Source: Candidatus Moraniibacteriota bacterium (GTDB lineage: Bacteria > Patescibacteriota > Minisyncoccia > Moranbacterales > UBA1568). Taken from it: DNA of 64,000 bases. Numbering within the stretch: position 1 is the stretch's first letter; every line of letters starts with the position of its first letter. The stretch spans positions 55,553 through 119,552 of the forward strand of contig JACPGV010000002.1 of NCBI GenBank assembly GCA_016182385.1. Reading direction: 5' to 3'. A program made the translations under genes and the position numbers. Positions 12,101 through 23,499 of this stretch are shown here, one piece after another. The notes under the pieces were generated by a model, which saw only the letters and a program-made list of their open reading frames with translations, searched no databases and was not told where the DNA came from.

Positions 12101-12696
12101 AAATAACGATTGAAGGAAACGATAAGAAGACCTACGAGTATCAGGCTCCTGCCAATGTAGCTCTTCGTATCAAGGAAGGTGATTTGGTAGGAAAAGGGAC
12201 CGTTCTTTCCGAGGGTCACTTGGACTTGCGTAAATTGTTTACGGTTATGGGGCAGGAGGCTGTTCATCGATACATTATTCGTGAAATTGAAGAGATTTAT
12301 GCGGCTCAAGGTGAAGGCATCAATGATAAGCATATCGAGGTCATTATTCGTCAGATGATGTCACGTATCCGTATTGCCGATCCGGGATCGACCATTCTTA
12401 TTCCTGGTGACGTGGTGGAGCGTGATCAATTTGAAGAAGCTAATGAAGAAGCGAGAGGGAAAAATGATCGAGAGGCGATTGGTGAGTCAATGGTTCTGGG
12501 TATTACCAAAGTGGCGCTTTCGACAGAGTCATTCCTTTCGGCAGCATCCTTCATGGAAACTGCGCGTGTTCTCATTAATGCGGCTGTTGCCGGCAAAGAA
12601 GACCGCTTGCGTGGTCTCAAGGAAAACGTCATTATTGGACGTCTTATCCCGGCCGGTACCGGTTATCGTGGTCTTGAAGAGAAAGAAAAAAAGTAA
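9103..12696 (+). CDS. rpoC: DNA-directed RNA polymerase beta' subunit.
   Basis: An N-terminal Zn finger ([23 protein letters not shown]) and the [12 protein letters not shown] catalytic motif are present. The protein is 1197 aa. Confidence 0.97.
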   Translation: [1197 protein letters not shown]

Positions 12697-12720
12697 ACAG
12701 TGTGATGTTTTTTCTTTTCA

Positions 12721-12756
12721 AATCACCCTCTCAATACGAGAGGGTGATTTTTTTGA
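12721..12756 (+). terminator. Rho-independent terminator after rpoC.
   Basis: tcaccctct-caatacg-agagggtga hairpin followed by TTTTTTT. Confidence 0.7.
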
Positions 12757-12782
12757 AGAGAGACTCTTTGGTGTGGTATAAT
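12753..12782 (+). promoter_or_regulatory. Promoter for ftsK.
   Basis: TTGAAG, 18 nt, then TATAAT, with the ftsK ATG 9 nt downstream. Confidence 0.45.
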
Positions 12783-12790
12783 CACCCTAT

Positions 12791-15172
12791 ATGGGACGTA
12801 AGAAAAAGGTAGTAGAGGAGTCGGAAGAAAAATCCGGTTTCCCATTTGAAGATATTTTGCATAGTGATGCCAAACGGAGTATCGCGGCGGTTTTTTTGTT
12901 GGCCTTTTCCGTATTGTTTTTGTTGGCCTTTTTTCATTCGGCCGGTCTTTTTGGTGTATGGCTCGATAAAGGGTGTGGTATATTTCTTGGTTTTGGAAAA
13001 TGGTTATTTCCTTTACTCCTTCTTCTTTCGGGCATCATGTTTCTTACAAGACGTACCACGACGTTGGCCGACGCTGTAAAGTTTATCGGTTTATTAACGA
13101 GTTTTTTCGCACTGCTTGGTTTATTACACCTCTATCAGGGGGGTGGAAATATAGACAGTCTTATCGTGCTCGCACGGCAAGGGGAAGGTGGTGGCTTTGT
13201 TGGTTTTGCTCTCTCTTATGTTCTCTTGTACTTTACCGGCGCTTTGGCCGGAACCATCATTGCTTTCACTCTTTTTTTGATAGGGATTATTGCCGCTTTC
13301 AACGTTTCCTTGATTCATTGTTTTGAGTATCTCCGAGAAAAAATAAAATCAAAACATTCCGAATCGGAAGTGATTGATGAATCTTTGCTTGGGTCGTCAG
13401 AAATGGATCCATCTTTGGGTACTCAGACGGAAGTGGGTGTCACCGCGCCCGAGACGGTTTCGGAACAAGAGATGGCGCTTGAAGAGAACAATATTCGTAA
13501 TGTGCAGTTTCATGACGAAGAAGAAAAGGCTTCCTTGCAACAAGAAGAAAAGAGCGAGGAAGTTTCAGTCGAAAAAAGCGAAGTATCATCGCGTCATCAG
13601 AAGACGAGGCGTCGAGGATATGTTCGCTGGGAATTGCCGCCAGTTGATCTTTTGGAATCGACCAGCGGGCAGGCAGTGGGCGGAGATACGGAACGCAATA
13701 AGCATATCATTCAAAGCACACTCAAATACTTTGGTATTCAGGTAGAACCAGGTGAGGTTCGTGTCGGACCGACTGTGACTCAATATACGTTTCGTCCGGC
13801 ATTTGGAGTGAAACTTTCTCGTATTACGACGCTTTCCAATGATCTGGCTCTTGCGCTCGCGGCACAGTCTATTCGTATTGAGGCGCCTATTCCTGGTCAA
13901 TCACTTATTGGTATTGAAATCCCCAATAAATCCGTTGCCACGGTAAGACTCAAGGCGATTCTTGAAAGCAAAGAATTTCATGAGCGTAAGTCCGATTTAA
14001 CGTTGGTACTTGGGCAGGATGTCGCTGGTAAGCATGTTCTTGCTGATCTTCGCAAAATGCCACACCTTCTTATCGCCGGACGCACTGGATCGGGAAAGAG
14101 TGTTTGTATAAACACGCTTCTTCTTTCTCTTTTGTATCAGAATTCCCCAGAGGATCTCAAACTTATTTTGGTTGATCCGAAGCGTGTTGAACTTTCCACG
14201 TATAAGGGAATTCCCCATTTACGAACCGATGTCATTGTTGAAAATAAAAAAGTGGTCAACGTGCTTCGTTGGGCGGTTGGTGAGATGGAACATCGTTACA
14301 AGGTACTGGAGGAAGTACACGCGCGTGACCTTTTTTCTTACAGGGAAAAATGTGTTCGTGGTGAAACAAAGACCACGGTAGACGCGGAAACGGGGAAGGT
14401 GCGTGAAGAATCTCTCGAATCTTTGCCGTACATTGTTATTGTTATTGATGAGATGGCGGATTTGATGGTGGCGCACGGTAAAGAAGTGGAGGCACTTATT
14501 ATTCGTCTGGCACAAATGTCTCGCGCTATCGGCATCCATCTTATTTTGGCGACGCAACGACCGAGTGTTGAAGTTCTTACTGGCCTTATTAAGGCAAATA
14601 TTCCCACGCGTGTTGCGTTTCAGGTGACGACGCAGATTGATTCACGCACCATTCTTGATAGTGGTGGTGCGGAAAAATTGCTTGGAAACGGCGATATGTT
14701 GTATGCGTCATCAGAAGGTACGGAGATGAAACGTTTGCAAGGAGTTTTTGTTTCTGATGATGAGGTAAAGCGGGTCACTGCTTTTTTGCGGAAACAGAAA
14801 GAAGATCTTGGAGAGGATGAGATCGGAGAGGATCTTGGAGGGACGACAAGAGAGACGGATAGTATTACGGCAGCGATAGATGCTTTGGACGAAGGATCCA
14901 AAGAAGATGATCTGTATGAAGAGGCGAAGCGTCTTGTTGTGGAGACGGGGCGCGCTTCTACGACGTATTTGCAAACGGCGCTTGGTATTGGTTATCCGCG
15001 TGGAGCACGGCTGATGCATCTTTTGGAACAAAATGGCGTAGTGGGAATAGTTGAGGGAAAGAAAAAAGTTCTTTTGAGTAAAAGTGAAACAGCTCCTTCC
15101 GAGATAGAGGAAAAAAAGTATGGTGATGATGCTTTCACCGATCAAACAGAGCGTGATAAGTGGCAGTTATGA
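12791..15172 (+). CDS. ftsK: DNA translocase FtsK/SpoIIIE.
   Basis: An N-terminal polytopic membrane domain is followed by a motor domain with Walker A GRTGSGKSVCINT and a C-terminal gamma/winged-helix region. Confidence 0.9.
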   Translation: MGRKKKVVEESEEKSGFPFEDILHSDAKRSIAAVFLLAFSVLFLLAFFHSAGLFGVWLDKGCGIFLGFGKWLFPLLLLLSGIMFLTRRTTTLADAVKFIGLLTSFFALLGLLHLYQGGGNIDSLIVLARQGEGGGFVGFALSYVLLYFTGALAGTIIAFTLFLIGIIAAFNVSLIHCFEYLREKIKSKHSESEVIDESLLGSSEMDPSLGTQTEVGVTAPETVSEQEMALEENNIRNVQFHDEEEKASLQQEEKSEEVSVEKSEVSSRHQKTRRRGYVRWELPPVDLLESTSGQAVGGDTERNKHIIQSTLKYFGIQVEPGEVRVGPTVTQYTFRPAFGVKLSRITTLSNDLALALAAQSIRIEAPIPGQSLIGIEIPNKSVATVRLKAILESKEFHERKSDLTLVLGQDVAGKHVLADLRKMPHLLIAGRTGSGKSVCINTLLLSLLYQNSPEDLKLILVDPKRVELSTYKGIPHLRTDVIVENKKVVNVLRWAVGEMEHRYKVLEEVHARDLFSYREKCVRGETKTTVDAETGKVREESLESLPYIVIVIDEMADLMVAHGKEVEALIIRLAQMSRAIGIHLILATQRPSVEVLTGLIKANIPTRVAFQVTTQIDSRTILDSGGAEKLLGNGDMLYASSEGTEMKRLQGVFVSDDEVKRVTAFLRKQKEDLGEDEIGEDLGGTTRETDSITAAIDALDEGSKEDDLYEEAKRLVVETGRASTTYLQTALGIGYPRGARLMHLLEQNGVVGIVEGKKKVLLSKSETAPSEIEEKKYGDDAFTDQTERDKWQL

Positions 15173-15195
15173 ATATAAAGTGAGAAGGTATATTT

Positions 15196-16176
15196 ATGAT
15201 AAATTCCGGTTTTACAAGAAAAAAAGTGGAGTCGCTTACTTTGGGCGAAAAGCTCAAGAAGTTGCGAAGTGATTGCCGAATGAGTTTGGCTGAGGTTTCC
15301 AAGGGAACAAAGATACAGGTAAAATATCTTGAGTATTTGGAAGTAGGACAATATGAAAAATTGCCGGCCGACGTGTATGTGAGAGGATTTTTGCGGAGTT
15401 ATGCTCGGTATCTCAATCTTGATGAAGAAGCGCTGGTGAAATTGTATGAGCGAGAAAGAAACATTCAAACAAATTTGGGCCTTGATGCCGGCAATAATAA
15501 TACTCACACGGAACGTTTTTTGGGAACATCTTCTCTTGTTATCACCTCAAGATCGATCATATTTATCATTATCGTCTTATTAACAAGTGGGTCTTTTTGG
15601 TATCTTTTTCGTGAATTTCAGGCTTTTGCCGGAGAACCAAGATTGACTATATTTGAACCGCTTGAAGAAAGTATCGTAGAAACAAGCCAAGTTGTTGTAA
15701 AGGGAAAAACTGACAAGGGGGCGCGGGTTTCCATCAATAATCAACCGGTATTCGTTGGTGGAGAAGGTGATTTTTCTGACACGTTATTGTTGCAACCCGG
15801 ACTGAGCACCATCACCGTTGTTTCGGTAAATCGTTTTGACAAAGAAAAAACAAAAACGTTTTCTGTGGAAGCGCGGTATACTCCTACAGTAGCTGAAGAT
15901 ATTTCTGGTAAGGAACATCAAAATCGCTTTCGTGTTAAGATACGGAGCGGACAGAGTGCCATTCGTCTTACCGTAGAATCTGATGGGCAGATTGTTTTTA
16001 ACGGAACGTTTCAGTCTGGAGAAGATGTAATCTTTGATGTCAAAGAACGTCTCAGTATTGTTTCAGAAAAACCGGAAGAGACGCTCGTTTCCTTTAATGA
16101 CGGCAAAGAAGAGTCGCTGGGAGGGAAAGAGGAGAGCCAGAAGACCTTTTTCTTTGATTCCTCAGGGAAAAAATGA
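15196..16176 (+). CDS. rodZ: RodZ-like cytoskeletal protein with an N-terminal XRE-type HTH, a single TM helix and a periplasmic C-terminal domain.
   Basis: LGEKLKKLRSDCRMSLAEVSKGTKIQVKYLEYLEVGQYEKLPADVYVRGFLRSYARYLNLD matches the RodZ N-terminus. A TM helix IIFIIIVLLTSGSFWYLF follows. Confidence 0.6.
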   Translation: MINSGFTRKKVESLTLGEKLKKLRSDCRMSLAEVSKGTKIQVKYLEYLEVGQYEKLPADVYVRGFLRSYARYLNLDEEALVKLYERERNIQTNLGLDAGNNNTHTERFLGTSSLVITSRSIIFIIIVLLTSGSFWYLFREFQAFAGEPRLTIFEPLEESIVETSQVVVKGKTDKGARVSINNQPVFVGGEGDFSDTLLLQPGLSTITVVSVNRFDKEKTKTFSVEARYTPTVAEDISGKEHQNRFRVKIRSGQSAIRLTVESDGQIVFNGTFQSGEDVIFDVKERLSIVSEKPEETLVSFNDGKEESLGGKEESQKTFFFDSSGKK

Positions 16177-16239
16177 TCGAGTGGAAGTTCGTTGAAAGAT
16201 GTATTACAATGGAAGGGTACAAGTATTAGCAATATTTTT

Positions 16240-17271
16240 ATGGCCAAGCAAAAATCAGCAGTAGAGGGAAAGAAAAAAATAGAGAGCGTTTTGGATGCCA
16301 TCCAGGAGAAGTTTGGCGAAGGAATGATGATGAAGTTAGGTGATGTTCGTAAAGTGGATGTGGAGGCTATCCCGACCGGCTCAGTGTCTCTTGATATCGC
16401 ACTCGGTATTGGTGGGGTACCGCGAGGGCGGGTGGTTGAGGTGTATGGACCGGAGTCTTCCGGAAAAACGACACTGACCCTCCATATTGTTGCCAATGCT
16501 CAGAAGGCTGGCGGAGTAGCGGCGTTTGTGGACGCTGAACATGCCCTTGATCCGGAATATGCCAAGCGTATCGGTGTCAATATTAATGATCTTCTTATTT
16601 CTCAACCGGATACCGGTGAACAGGCACTTGATATCGTAGAAACGCTTGTCCGTTCCAATATGGTAGATGTTATTGTTATTGATTCGGTGGCGGCGCTTGT
16701 GCCGAAGGCGGAAATTGAAGGTGAAATGGGCGATCAGCACGTTGGACGACAGGCACGACTTATGTCCCAGGCTCTTCGCAAATTAACTGCTATCATCGCC
16801 CGATCGAATGTGGTGGTGATTTTTATCAACCAGATCCGAATGAAGATTGGCGTGATGTTCGGCAACCCAGAAACGACAACTGGCGGACAAGCTCTCAAAT
16901 TTTATTCATCGGTTCGTCTGGAAGTGCGGAGAAGTGCTCAAATTAAGAGAGGGGAGAGTGTTGTGGGAAACCGCGTCAAAGTGAAAGTGGTCAAAAATAA
17001 GGTGGCGGCCCCATTTCGTACGGCAGAATTTGATATTATGTACAATGAGGGGATTTCTTTCGCCGGCGATCTTCTTGATACGGGAGTGCTTTATGGTGTC
17101 GTGAAAAAGAGTGGTAATTCATTTATGTTTGGAGACGCAAAACTCGGTGTCGGTCGAGAGAATGCCAAAACATTTTTGAAAGAAAATTCAAAAATTGAAA
17201 AAGAGCTGGAAAAAGCGATTTTGAAACAAGCCAAGGAAGGAACGGTACCTTCTTTGGATAAAGAGGAATAA
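16240..17271 (+). CDS. recA: Recombinase RecA.
   Basis: Walker [14 protein letters not shown]. The N-terminus [10 protein letters not shown]...[13 protein letters not shown] is RecA-like. The start is taken at the internal ATG at 16240. Confidence 0.95.
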   Translation: MAKQKSAVEGKKKIESVLDAIQEKFGEGMMMKLGDVRKVDVEAIPTGSVSLDIALGIGGVPRGRVVEVYGPESSGKTTLTLHIVANAQKAGGVAAFVDAEHALDPEYAKRIGVNINDLLISQPDTGEQALDIVETLVRSNMVDVIVIDSVAALVPKAEIEGEMGDQHVGRQARLMSQALRKLTAIIARSNVVVIFINQIRMKIGVMFGNPETTTGGQALKFYSSVRLEVRRSAQIKRGESVVGNRVKVKVVKNKVAAPFRTAEFDIMYNEGISFAGDLLDTGVLYGVVKKSGNSFMFGDAKLGVGRENAKTFLKENSKIEKELEKAILKQAKEGTVPSLDKEE

Positions 17272-17298
17272 AGAATTTTTCCTGTAAGAATAAAAAAA

Positions 17299-17332
17299 AG
17301 CGACTCCATCCATAAGGTGGGTCGTTTTTTTG
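17299..17332 (+). terminator. Intrinsic terminator after recA.
   Basis: An imperfect GC hairpin (gcgactccatcc...ggtgggtcgt) is followed by TTTTTTT. Confidence 0.5.
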
Positions 17333-17389
17333 TGGTAAAAATATTGTTGGTAGGAGAACGAGCGATAATATCTGTGGTATACTTTATTT

Positions 17390-18667
17390 ATGGCGAAAAA
17401 ATACATTTCAAAAACTCTCTTGTTTATCATGAGCGGAACAATTTTTGTTTCAGTTTTTTTGATGTTTGGCGACCATCAAAGCATTTTAGCAGAGGAAAGC
17501 GCGGATGAAATCAAAGACGACATTGAAAAAATAGAGAAGAAGCTTAAGGATGCTCAAAAAAAAGAAGATGTGTTGGAACAAAGTTTGTCACAAATCAACT
17601 CTTCTCTTACTTCGACACAACAGCTTATTCTCAAAACACAGACGCTTCTTAATCAAACTGCACAAACTATTGATCAGAAACAATCAGAAATAGAGAGTTT
17701 GGAACAGCAGTTGTCTTTTGAGAAGAAGGTTCTCAGTGGCCTTATTCAAGAGCTGTATTTTTCGGGATCAGTGCCATTTGCCGAGTCAATACTTCTGGGT
17801 GATGATTTGGGAAGTTTGTTACAGAATGAAGGAGGACTTTTGTCGACACAGGAAGAGATGCAGGAGGTAATTCGCAGTATTAATACCATGAAAGGAAAAG
17901 TGGTTGATGAAAAGATTTCCTTGGAGGACGTAAAAAAAGATCATGAGACGTTGTTGGCAATAAAAAATAAGCAAAAACAGAATTTGGTTTTGGAAAAACA
18001 TGAAACAGAAGACGATTTGGAGGATCAACAAGCGACTGTTTCCGAACTCGAATCGAAACTCAATGAATTGAAGGGCGATTTGAATAAATTGCTTGGGGGA
18101 AGCTATAACGCCAAGAATATTAAAGACGCAATAAAATTTGCCGCTGGAAAGACGGGTATTCGGGAAGGATTTTTGTTTGGTATGCTTTCTGTTGAATCGC
18201 GTTTGGGAGCATCGGTTGGCGGATGTGACTACAAACAAAGCAGAATGAGTAGTTATCGTTTGGGGATTTTTAAAGAAATCGCCAAGGAGATTGGCAAAGA
18301 CTATCGCAAGCTGAAGGTATCCTGCCCGCCCAGGAGCTATAAGGGAACGGGGGGTGCTATGGGCGCGGCACAATTTATGTCCGATACTTGGAAGGGGTAC
18401 AAGAGTACGATTGCCTCGCGGACAGGACATAATCCGCCGGATCCGTGGAATTTGACGGATGGTGTGATGGCGATGGCTTCTAAACTTCAAAATGATGGCG
18501 GTGCCAAAAGCGGAAAAACAACCATTACCAGTCCTTGTACTGGTAAGAAGATAAGTGTCAAATGGGAGACGTACGCTTCGATGCGATATCTCGGTTGGTC
18601 TTGTTATGCTCTCAATAATTATTCCAAGACTATCCAGAGTCTGTCCGGAAATTACAAAAATCTCTAA
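17390..18667 (+). CDS. Secreted or membrane-anchored protein with a PcsB/EnvC-like coiled-coil region fused to a C-terminal lytic transglycosylase (SLT_2/MltB-like) domain.
   Basis: An N-terminal TM or signal segment is followed by about 230 aa of heptad-rich coiled coil. The C-terminus carries GAMGAAQFMSDTW, close to the MltB-family GAMGxxQFMPST signature. Confidence 0.55.
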   Translation: MAKKYISKTLLFIMSGTIFVSVFLMFGDHQSILAEESADEIKDDIEKIEKKLKDAQKKEDVLEQSLSQINSSLTSTQQLILKTQTLLNQTAQTIDQKQSEIESLEQQLSFEKKVLSGLIQELYFSGSVPFAESILLGDDLGSLLQNEGGLLSTQEEMQEVIRSINTMKGKVVDEKISLEDVKKDHETLLAIKNKQKQNLVLEKHETEDDLEDQQATVSELESKLNELKGDLNKLLGGSYNAKNIKDAIKFAAGKTGIREGFLFGMLSVESRLGASVGGCDYKQSRMSSYRLGIFKEIAKEIGKDYRKLKVSCPPRSYKGTGGAMGAAQFMSDTWKGYKSTIASRTGHNPPDPWNLTDGVMAMASKLQNDGGAKSGKTTITSPCTGKKISVKWETYASMRYLGWSCYALNNYSKTIQSLSGNYKNL

Positions 18668-18846
18668 TTTCGTAGAGCGGACCAGTCAGCTCTTGCCAGA
18701 ATGGGAAATATCTGGTAGACTCTCTAAACAACTGAGAAAGTCCGATGTTTCTCCCGCCCGTGAAGGGATTAGGAGGAATAAGCTCCCAAGCAGAGGATTT
18801 TCTTTGTTGGGGATTTTTATTTGTAAAAGCTAGAAGCTCCATATTT

Positions 18847-19344
18847 ATGGCAGTAGAATACGAATTGTTGTATCTTGTCGGTGAATCAAAGGAAAGTGAA
18901 TTGCCTCGCATTCGTGAGACCGTGGAGAAAATGGTAACGGATCAAGGAGGGGTATTTCTTCCGGCACAGACGGAAGAAAAACGAAAGATGGCCTATATGG
19001 TAAAAAACGAAGTGCGTGGAATGTATATCGCCCGTCGTTTTACTTTGCCGGATAAGGATGAACGCGAGGAAAAAGAGGAGACACATCCGCTCACTCGTAT
19101 CAATCGGGCGCTACAGCTCTCTAAAGACGTGTTGCGTTTTTTGATTTTATCGGCAAAAGGACTTCCGGAACTCAAGGCTATTGAGCGCGTGGAGCGCGTG
19201 AAAACGGATAATCGTTCTGGACGGTATGAAAAGCGTGGCGCGGTCCGCCCTATGCCGCAGGCGCCGGTGATTGCAGCGGAAGAAACAAAGACTGTCAGTC
19301 AGGAAGAAATTGATGCTCAATTGAAAGAAAAACTTGATATTTAG
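18847..19344 (+). CDS. rpsF: 30S ribosomal protein S6, with a C-terminal extension of about 50 aa.
   Basis: MAVEYELLYLVGESKESELPRIRETVEKMVTDQGGVF...MAYMVKNEVRGMYIARRF is S6-like. The start is taken at the internal ATG at 18847. Confidence 0.85.
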   Translation: MAVEYELLYLVGESKESELPRIRETVEKMVTDQGGVFLPAQTEEKRKMAYMVKNEVRGMYIARRFTLPDKDEREEKEETHPLTRINRALQLSKDVLRFLILSAKGLPELKAIERVERVKTDNRSGRYEKRGAVRPMPQAPVIAAEETKTVSQEEIDAQLKEKLDI

Positions 19345-19452
19345 GATGAAGCGATTTTCGGTGGGGAGTGCTCGAGGAAGAAAAGAATTTTAAAAGAATA
19401 AATAATAAATCAATACGGCTTTTATGGCTTTTGAAAAAAGCCATAAAAACTT

Positions 19453-19935
19453 ATGACGAGTATGAACGTCAACAAAGCTATCCTTGTCGGGCGATTGACG
19501 AGGGATCCGGATATGCGAACCACTCCGTCCGGACAGACGGTAGCGACACTTTCGATGGCTACCAATAATTTTTGGACAGATAAGAGTGGTACGCGACAGG
19601 AACGAACGGAGTTTCATAACGTTGTACTCTGGGGACGATTGGCGGAAATTGCCGGTCAGTATCTTACCAAGGGACAGGAGTGCTTTGTGGAGGGGCGTTT
19701 GCAGACGAGAGAATATACCGCAAAAGACGGCACCCAACGCAGAGTGACGGAAATTATCGGAGAAACAATGCAACTTGGTAATCGTGCGCAGGGAAGTGGA
19801 CAAGGTTCTCCTCGCAGTACAGCGCCGCAAAAACAAAACTCTGGAGCAACGGGAGCACCCGTTGAGGAGGAAATCCCGACTATTCATCTTGATGATGAAA
19901 AGGAAGAAATCAAAATTGAGGATGTTCCTTTTTAA
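19453..19935 (+). CDS. ssb: Single-stranded DNA-binding protein.
   Basis: An OB-fold N-terminus (NKAILVGRLTRDPDMRTTPSGQTVATLSMATN...HNVVLWGRLAE) is followed by a Gly/Gln-rich linker and an acidic tail ending DVPF. Confidence 0.9.
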   Translation: MTSMNVNKAILVGRLTRDPDMRTTPSGQTVATLSMATNNFWTDKSGTRQERTEFHNVVLWGRLAEIAGQYLTKGQECFVEGRLQTREYTAKDGTQRRVTEIIGETMQLGNRAQGSGQGSPRSTAPQKQNSGATGAPVEEEIPTIHLDDEKEEIKIEDVPF

Positions 19936-19964
19936 AGAAGGAATTGTTAAGAAGTTTTTAATTT

Positions 19965-20174
19965 TTGAAGATAGAGTATATGGAAGCAGCAATGAGTAAG
20001 AAGTTGGCAAAACTTGATTATAAGGACGCTTATTTTCTTCGTAAGTTTCTTAATTCCCAAGGGAAAATGTATCCTCCGAAGCGATACGGTCTTTCCGCGA
20101 AAGAACAGCGAGCGGTGGCTCTGGCCATCAAGCGCGCTCGTTTTATGGCGCTTGTTCCATACGTTGTGAAGTAA
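19965..20174 (+). CDS. rpsR: 30S ribosomal protein S18.
   Basis: LDYKDAYFLRKFLNSQGKMYPPKRYGLSAKEQRAVALAIKRARFMALVPY. The rpsF-ssb-rpsR order is the classical operon arrangement. Confidence 0.85.
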   Translation: MKIEYMEAAMSKKLAKLDYKDAYFLRKFLNSQGKMYPPKRYGLSAKEQRAVALAIKRARFMALVPYVVK

Positions 20175-20215
20175 AAAGTGTAACCGGAGAGGAATATCAT
20201 TTTTTCTTTATTCGT

Positions 20216-20773
20216 ATGCTTGGACTAACTGAAATCAAAACAGGAAAAAGAATCATTTTTAACGGAGAACCGTTTCTCGTACTTGATTATCAACATTCAA
20301 AAACCGGTCGAGCTGGAGCGGTACTTCGTACCAAATTAAAAAATCTTCTGACCGGCGCTATTATTGATCAAACTTTTCAGGGGGCCGATAAAGTCGAAGA
20401 GGCAGAAGTTTCCAAATCACTTGCCCAATATCTTTATCATGAAGGGGAAGAGTATCTGTTTATGGATACGGAGAGTTATGATCAGTTTTCTCTTGCGAAA
20501 AATGTTCTTGGTAATGCCATTCATTATCTCGTGGAAGGTACCGAAGTGACGGTGCTTAATTGGAATGAACGACAAATAAACGTGGAAATTCCTGTGAAGG
20601 TAACCTTGACCGTTACGGATGCGCCTCCGGGTATCAAGGGTGATACGGCCTCAGGCGGCGATAAGGTTGTGACGCTTGAAACAGGTCTTCAGATAACAAC
20701 GCCGCTTTTTGTTAAAACGGGCGATTCGTTGATCGTTAATACGGAAAAAGGGTCATACGTTTCTCGAGCGTAA
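20216..20773 (+). CDS. efp: Elongation factor P, of the Arg-loop type.
   Basis: The full KOW and OB domains are present. The tip loop reads SKTGRAGAVLRTKLKNLLTG, resembling the EarP-type KSGRNAA loop rather than KPGKG. Confidence 0.9.
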   Translation: MLGLTEIKTGKRIIFNGEPFLVLDYQHSKTGRAGAVLRTKLKNLLTGAIIDQTFQGADKVEEAEVSKSLAQYLYHEGEEYLFMDTESYDQFSLAKNVLGNAIHYLVEGTEVTVLNWNERQINVEIPVKVTLTVTDAPPGIKGDTASGGDKVVTLETGLQITTPLFVKTGDSLIVNTEKGSYVSRA

Positions 20774-20888
20774 GAGAGATATCAAGGCGATGGAATGTAT
20801 AAAAAAGCTTTATTGGAAGGAAATTTTGACATAAATATCCTTTGCTTTTTTTCAAGAAAACAGCTATACTTAGAAAAGGGAGGCCCGC

Positions 20889-21320
20889 TTGTTTTTTGAA
20901 GTGGGTTTTCTTTCGGAAAAGATTTCCTTTGTTGACGATATGTCGTTTACATTTTATTTGTGGGGGATACGTCTTTTCACTTTACTTTCCTTTTTTTCCT
21001 GGATGGGCATTATTTTTATGCTTGATCCCGAAGAAGCAGGAAGGGCTGGAAGCATTCTTTTTTTCCTTAGCTTTTTCACGTTTACGATTGGCGTCATGAC
21101 ACTTTTTTTGATGTATGCCTATCGTCGAGCCCTGGGAGGTAATGGAGTGATAGAGTATATAGGAAGTATTTTTCGACAAGCAACACTTCTTGGTATGTGT
21201 TGTGTCGGCGGTCTCATCCTTCAGTATATGCGGGTGATGACGTGGTGGAGCGTCGGTTTATTGATAGCAACGCTTCTTTTGCTTGAGCTTTCTTTCCGGC
21301 GTATCTTTTCAGCAAAATAA
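20889..21320 (+). CDS. Hypothetical membrane protein of about 4 TM helices.
   Basis: The only evidence is the hydrophobic helices; no motif was recognised. The start is uncertain (20889, or the internal Met of MSFTFYLW). Confidence 0.4.
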   Translation: MFFEVGFLSEKISFVDDMSFTFYLWGIRLFTLLSFFSWMGIIFMLDPEEAGRAGSILFFLSFFTFTIGVMTLFLMYAYRRALGGNGVIEYIGSIFRQATLLGMCCVGGLILQYMRVMTWWSVGLLIATLLLLELSFRRIFSAK

Positions 21321-21344
21321 TCACTATCAAAGATTCATTATTGA

Positions 21345-23402
<2,058 letters not shown>

Positions 23403-23499
23403 CCCTTTGCTTGACCAAGCCTTTTTTGTATGGTATCGTATGGAAACTTATGAAGGATGATCGTTTTTGCTGGAGAGTCATTTGTTTGAGGTGTTCTTT

